A stretch of 32,000 nucleotides of DNA, taken from positions 1,620,001 through 1,652,000 of the forward strand of contig NC_016070.1 in NCBI RefSeq assembly GCF_000253055.1, given 5' to 3'. The DNA comes from Thermoproteus tenax Kra 1. GTDB lineage: Archaea; Thermoproteota; Thermoprotei; Thermoproteales; Thermoproteaceae. Both the position numbers and the translations under genes were made by a program. Under the pieces are notes generated by a model. That model was not told where the DNA came from, searched no databases, and saw only the letters and a program-made list of their open reading frames with translations. Shown piece by piece: positions 27,583-32,000 of this stretch (positions within the stretch are counted from its first letter, which is position 1; each line of letters begins with the position of its first letter).

Positions 27583-29037
27583 CTAGGATCCGTACTTTAA
27601 CTTTCTATCTATAGTATAGAAAGTCCTCGGGCCCATGTCGTGCATCTCCACCCCCAAGGCTCTGGCTCTGTCCCTCAACATATCGGCTAGCGCGTACTGT
27701 CTCTCGGACCGGAGCCTCGACCTAGCCTCAACTATAGCTCTGACCGCCTCGGCCAACTCCCTCGGGACCTCCCTCTTGTTCAACAAGCCCAATACGTCGG
27801 CCATCTCGGCGTAGCTCCTCAGTATGCCTAAGGCAGTCTCTCTAGAAATCTTATCGACGGAGTAGAGGACTTTAGATATTATGAATCTAGCCATGTCGTA
27901 GAGAGCCCGCGCCGCCTCGTTGGTAGACATATCGTCTGCAAGCGCCTCCTCGAACTTCCTTCTGTAGCTCGATGCCTCCTCGGCCAGAGGCGCTACGTCT
28001 CTCTCGCCTGCGTCTGCCACGGCTTGGCTCAGCTCGTCGTAAGCCGTATACATAGTCCCCAGAAGCTCCACAGCTCTGTCTAGCAAGTCGTAGCTGAACT
28101 CCATGGGCTTTCTGTAGTGGCTCATCGCGTAGGCCAGCCTCAGAGCCTCTCCGTCGTATTTGGACAGAACTTCCTTGAGCGTTATGATGTTGCCTAGCGA
28201 CTTCGACATCTTCTCCCCTCCCACAGTGAGGTATCCTACGTGTATCCAGTACCTCGCGAAGTAGTCCACGCCGTGCATTGCTCTGGCTATAGCTATCTCG
28301 TTCTCGTGGTGTGGGAAAATGAGGTCTGCGCCTCCGCCGTGGAAGTCGAAGGGGACCCCGAGGTGTTTCGTGGACATAACGACGCACTCTAGGTGCCAGC
28401 CAGGCCTCCCGGGGCACCAAGGCGAGTTCCACCAGGGCTCTCCCGGCGACCAACTCTTCCAGAGGGCGAAGTCGAGGGGGTTCCTCTTGCCGGGCTCGGG
28501 CTCCACCCGCGCGCCGGCCACCAGTTCCTCTATCCTCTGCCCCGAGAACTCCCCGTAGCGGGGCACTTTGCCGACCTCAAAGTAGACAGAGCCGTCGGGC
28601 GCCACGTAGGCGTACCCCCTATCCACTAGAGCCCTTATCCACTCCAACATGTCTCCAACATATTCGGTTACTCTAGGGTAGGCGTACGCCGGCTTGACGT
28701 ACAGTCTCTCCATCACGTCGAAGTACTCCCTAATATACCTCTCGGGCACCTCGCGCCATCTGGAGACGGCATCTGCGCCGAACTCCTCTCTGGCCCTGTT
28801 TATTATTTTGTCGTCGACGTCCGTGAAGTTTATCACTAGCTTGACCTCTAGGCCCAAGTGCTCTAGATAGCGCCTCAAGATATCAAAGAACACGTAGACT
28901 CTGCCGTGTCCCACGTGCACCGAGTCGTAGGGCGTTATTCCGCACACGTAGCCTCTGGCGACGCCGGGGGTTAGGACAGAGAAGGGCTCCACTCTCTTGC
29001 TGGCAGTGTTGTAGATTCTCAGAGGAAGTGCCGACAC
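27583..29037 (-). CDS. cysS: Cysteinyl-tRNA synthetase
   Basis: GITPYDSVHVGHGRVYVFFDI, NFTDVDDKIINRA, WHLECVVMSTKHLG, FPHHENEIA, and GEKMSKSLGN. Confidence 0.97.
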   Translation of the reverse strand: MSALPLRIYNTASKRVEPFSVLTPGVARGYVCGITPYDSVHVGHGRVYVFFDILRRYLEHLGLEVKLVINFTDVDDKIINRAREEFGADAVSRWREVPERYIREYFDVMERLYVKPAYAYPRVTEYVGDMLEWIRALVDRGYAYVAPDGSVYFEVGKVPRYGEFSGQRIEELVAGARVEPEPGKRNPLDFALWKSWSPGEPWWNSPWCPGRPGWHLECVVMSTKHLGVPFDFHGGGADLIFPHHENEIAIARAMHGVDYFARYWIHVGYLTVGGEKMSKSLGNIITLKEVLSKYDGEALRLAYAMSHYRKPMEFSYDLLDRAVELLGTMYTAYDELSQAVADAGERDVAPLAEEASSYRRKFEEALADDMSTNEAARALYDMARFIISKVLYSVDKISRETALGILRSYAEMADVLGLLNKREVPRELAEAVRAIVEARSRLRSERQYALADMLRDRARALGVEMHDMGPRTFYTIDRKLKYGS

Positions 29038-29133
29038 CCCGACATATGCTCAAGATCCCGTCCCCTTTTTAAATTTCAACTGTCGGCGTACCGTGAGGTC
29101 GTCATCTATCGGAACAGGTGCATCTCCCCACGT

Positions 29134-30493
29134 TTACTCAGGCAAACGTAATTTAATAGTATGTGTGCCGCCTCTGAGCCCATACGTGGCTATCAAGACT
29201 TTGTCGGAGAATCTGGAGAGGAGCCTCTCGAGGCCCTCCTCGTAAGTATGCGCCGGCACGACCACAGGCTCTAGGCCCCATATGAGCTCCAACATCCTCG
29301 CGGAGCTCCAACATCCTCGCGAGCCTCCTCTCGTTGACTCCGACGTAGACTGTCGTCATCGGCCTAAATTTAGCTATTCTCTTCGCCAGAGTTCCCGTCA
29401 TTGAGTATACTGCGATTTCCCCTCCCATGTCCTCGGCCATATCTACCACGGCTTTGGCGAACCTATCGCGTGCGTCGGCCGGCGACGCAGCCTTAAGTCT
29501 CCCGAACTCGACCTGCGACACTATCCTCCTCAGCCAATCCACTGCCTCTAACGGGTGCTCTCCGCTCGCAGTCTCGTTGGTCAGCCACAGAGAGTCCACT
29601 CCGAGACTCGCCGTTGTGTACACGTCGTTGACCTCCGCCCTAGTGGGCGTCGTGTTGGTCTGCATAGAGTCCAAAAGCTGCGTGGCCACCGCCACGGGCC
29701 TTCCTGCCGAGAGAGATCTCTCCACCAAGAGCCTCTGTACTTTAGGAATGTACTCCAGTCCGTAGTGCAGCGCCAGATCGCCTCTCGCTATAACTATGTA
29801 GTCGGCCGCATTGATTATCTCCTCGATTTTATCTACTGCGCTCTTCGTCTCTATTTTGGCCATTATGCCGGAGGTGAGCCCAGCCTCCTCGACGACGCTC
29901 CTCATTTTCCTCACGTCTGCTCCGTCTCTCACAAGGCTGAGGGCCACGTAGTCTACGTCGTCTCTGAACCGAGAGAGCGTCTGAAGCGCCCTTATGTCTT
30001 CCTCCACAGGCTGCTCTATATGATATTCCTTGCCTTTGACCACTATTGCCTTATTGCTGGATATGACGCCGGAGGATAACGACTCGGCCTCGGCCGAGGT
30101 CTGCGCTGCGCTGATTATCCTCAAGACGAGTTTTCCGTCTAACATAAGAACCTCGTCTCCCTCCTCGATTACTTCGAAGAACTCACGCCGCGGCACAGGT
30201 ACGAAGCCGTCCCCCTTCTCGGCTAATTTAAAGGAGACGCGGGCGCCCGCCGTTATCTGTAGAGGGCGCATAAGGCCGGTCCTGACGCTGGGGCCCCTTA
30301 GATCCGCTATAATGGCTATATACCTCCCGCTGGTCTCCTCATACTTCCTCACGGCGTTCACGCGGGCCTCTACCTCCGATGGCGATGCGTGAGACATATT
30401 TATCCGCACGCCGTGAACCTTGCTCAACAGGGCCGTTATATCCGGCAGTCTATCAGTCGAAGGCCCCAATGTAGCTACAATTTTAGTGAACAC
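29134..30493 (-). pseudogene. pyk: Pyruvate kinase gene, frame disrupted near the 3' end by a 19-bp tandem duplication (uninterrupted ORF 29153-30493)
   Basis: FTKIVATLGPSTDRL...VRINMSHAS...IMAKIETKSAV...IVIARGDLALHYG...VAVATQLLDSM...PTRAEVNDV...LTNETASGEHP. Removing one 19-bp copy yields the canonical C-terminus LIWGLEPVVVPAHTYEEGLERLLSRFSDKVLIATYGLRGGTHTIKLRLPE, stopping at 29134. Confidence 0.88.
29284..29321. repeat. 19-bp tandem duplication inside pyk
   Basis: gagctccaacatcctcgcg x2 (29284-29302 and 29303-29321), exact copies. Confidence 0.97.
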
Positions 30494-30513
30494 AGATACT
30501 ACTCGCGCGATCT

Positions 30514-30816
30514 TTATTTATATGAAGCTATACCGCCCAACTCTCGTATCACTTCATATATGTTTTCATTTTCTACTATCTTCTCTTGTCCTTTATATAC
30601 ATCTATCTTTTTTACTCCACATTGATCCAATATATTTTGTATTGAAATTCCCGGAAAAACTCTCGCCCATGATGATATATTTCCAAACTCGTCTACGGCC
30701 TTGAGCTCGAGCTCTTTATCTATCAAGAGCCGGCCCTTGCACTTAAGGAAGCTTATTTCGATCCTCAAGCCCCTTTCTCTGGACAGCGATATGAGCGTTT
30801 CAAATATTTTCAACAT
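30514..30816 (-). CDS. Small hypothetical protein (AT-rich gene)
   Basis: 100-aa ORF overlapping the upstream 96-aa ORF by 17 nt. No family recognised. Confidence 0.55.
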   Translation of the reverse strand: MLKIFETLISLSRERGLRIEISFLKCKGRLLIDKELELKAVDEFGNISSWARVFPGISIQNILDQCGVKKIDVYKGQEKIVENENIYEVIRELGGIASYK

Positions 30817-31090
30817 GTATATTTCTTGGCAGTTTTAATTTATGTGCTGAATAGTAGGTTACAACGCCGTCGTTGCTGACCAGGGCCAGTATCACAGGCG
30901 TGGAGATGCTCTCTCCCAAGTTCAACACTCTGTAGAGCTGTCTCAGAGGTTTTTCAACTCCCTCGATCAATACATAGAATAGATAGCGCTCGTTCTTCTC
31001 GGCAATAAAGAGGCCGTCCTCTATCTTCTCGACTATCTTGAATCCCCTCGCCTTGAGGTCCCTCGCGACCTGCTCCTCCAAGACGTCCAT
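30800..31090 (-). CDS. Small protein resembling the tRNA-splicing endonuclease C-terminal (structural subunit-like) domain
   Basis: VARDLKARGFKIVEKIEDGLFIAEKNERYLFYVLIEG...STPVILALVSNDGVVTYYSAHKLKLP resembles the EndA C-terminal pattern (V..DLR.RGY...LV.AVVDDDGDVTYY). Catalytic residues are not evident. Confidence 0.5.
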   Translation of the reverse strand: MDVLEEQVARDLKARGFKIVEKIEDGLFIAEKNERYLFYVLIEGVEKPLRQLYRVLNLGESISTPVILALVSNDGVVTYYSAHKLKLPRNIHVENI

Positions 31091-31138
31091 CGGAGGGAGT
31101 CGCCCACAATGTTTATATAGCTTGGGTCCCGGGGGCTT

Positions 31139-31870
31139 GTGGGTAAGCGGATACTAGTACAGAGGAGGGGAAGGGGAGGATCTCAGTTTAGATCGCCGAG
31201 CTGGAAGAGAGATGGGCCAGTGAGATATCCCCTTGTGACAGGCTTCGGATACGTGGTAGAGCTACTCCACGAGCCGGGCCTCGATGCGCCGGTTGCTAAA
31301 ATTAAGATGGCCAACGGAACTGAGTTCCTCAATTTCGCCGCAGAGGGCATGTACGTGGGCCAGAGGATAGAGGTCGGAGAGGACGCGCAGGTCAAGCCCG
31401 GGAATATATTGCCCGTGGGTAAGATACCAGAGGGCACTATGGTGTTCAATGTGGAGAAGAGGTACGGCGACGGCGGGAAGTACGCCAGAGCGGGGGGAAC
31501 ATACGCCGTAGTGTTGGCCCACAAAGTCGAAGAGGGGAAGACCACGATCAGGCTCCCCAGCGGCCGAACTATAGATGTGGACTCGAGGGCGCGCGCCACT
31601 GTGGGCATAGTGGCCGGAGGAGGGAGGATAGAAAAGCCTATGTTGAAGGCCGGCGCCAAGTACCATAGAGCTAGGGCCAAGGCTTGGAAGTGGCCCACTG
31701 TGAGGGGCAAGGCCATGAGCCCGTACGCGCACCCGCACGGCGGAGGCAGCCACCCCAAGGGAGGTACTCCGGTGCCCAAGACGGCGCCGCCGGGACAGAA
31801 GGTCGGATTCATCGCTTCGAGGTGTACAGGCCGCGGCTGTAAAAGGGCGCGCGCCCAACAACGGATTTAG
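31139..31870 (+). CDS. rpl2: 50S ribosomal protein L2 (uL2)
   Basis: GTG start; GKRILVQRRGRGG, VVELLHEPGLDAPVAKI, VMNPVDHP-equivalent archaeal motif MSPYAHPHGGGSHP. TTTATATAG lies upstream. Confidence 0.96.
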   Translation: MGKRILVQRRGRGGSQFRSPSWKRDGPVRYPLVTGFGYVVELLHEPGLDAPVAKIKMANGTEFLNFAAEGMYVGQRIEVGEDAQVKPGNILPVGKIPEGTMVFNVEKRYGDGGKYARAGGTYAVVLAHKVEEGKTTIRLPSGRTIDVDSRARATVGIVAGGGRIEKPMLKAGAKYHRARAKAWKWPTVRGKAMSPYAHPHGGGSHPKGGTPVPKTAPPGQKVGFIASRCTGRGCKRARAQQRI

Positions 31871-32000
31871 CACTCCTTGAGGGCCGAGCCCAACTCCTCT
31901 TGCGCCCTATGATCCCCGCTCAGCTTTATTGCCCTTCTCAGAACGCGCCTGGCTATCTTGGCCGCCTTCTCGTCGTCTAGGCCCCTCCTCTTTATCTCCT
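31867..32000 (-). CDS. Partial hypothetical protein (C-terminal fragment in window)
   Basis: Open minus-strand frame ...IKRRGLDDEKAAKIARRVLRRAIKLSGDHRAQEELGSALKEC*. Its stop overlaps the uL2 stop. Confidence 0.5.
   Translation of the reverse strand, partial: EIKRRGLDDEKAAKIARRVLRRAIKLSGDHRAQEELGSALKEC

Noticed and set aside
1-32000. Defence island, CRISPR-Cas, toxin-antitoxin, integrase or complete insertion sequence.
   Set aside because: No cas-like, transposase, integrase, restriction-modification or recognisable toxin-antitoxin proteins among the long ORFs, and no regularly spaced repeats.

Overview
The window looks like a gene-dense crenarchaeal chromosome, probably of the order Thermoproteales; this rests on leaderless TATA promoters, intron-containing tRNAs, a PaRep2b-like protein and the gene content. 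Most of it is housekeeping: CinA-like protein, peroxiredoxin, THEP1 NTPase, PadR regulator, HypE/AIR-synthase-like protein, prenyl synthase, lumazine synthase, nucleotidyltransferase, PfkB kinase, ATP-dependent DNA ligase, CyaB/CYTH protein, AMMECR1, enolase, CysRS, pyruvate kinase and ribosomal protein uL2. I resolved two intron-containing tRNA genes by hand: tRNA-Arg(GCG) with one intron and tRNA-Pro(GGG) with two. I also found one good C/D box sRNA candidate and two weaker ones. About a third of the window (16.0-26.4 kb) encodes a giant 2663-aa secreted, membrane-anchored surface protein and a second secreted protein whose start overlaps the enolase stop. The strongest anomaly is an exact 19-bp tandem duplication near the 3' end of the pyruvate kinase gene. 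It shifts the frame, and removing one copy restores a canonical pyruvate kinase C-terminus. Other items worth a second look are the PaRep2b-like/450-aa unknown pair, a structured GC-rich noncoding block between the surface-protein genes, a palindrome over the giant gene's start codon, a tandem coiled-coil pair, a thioredoxin-like/Pro-rich/Cys protein, and a candidate small tRNA-splicing endonuclease subunit. I found no CRISPR array, no complete mobile element and no clear multi-gene defence system.
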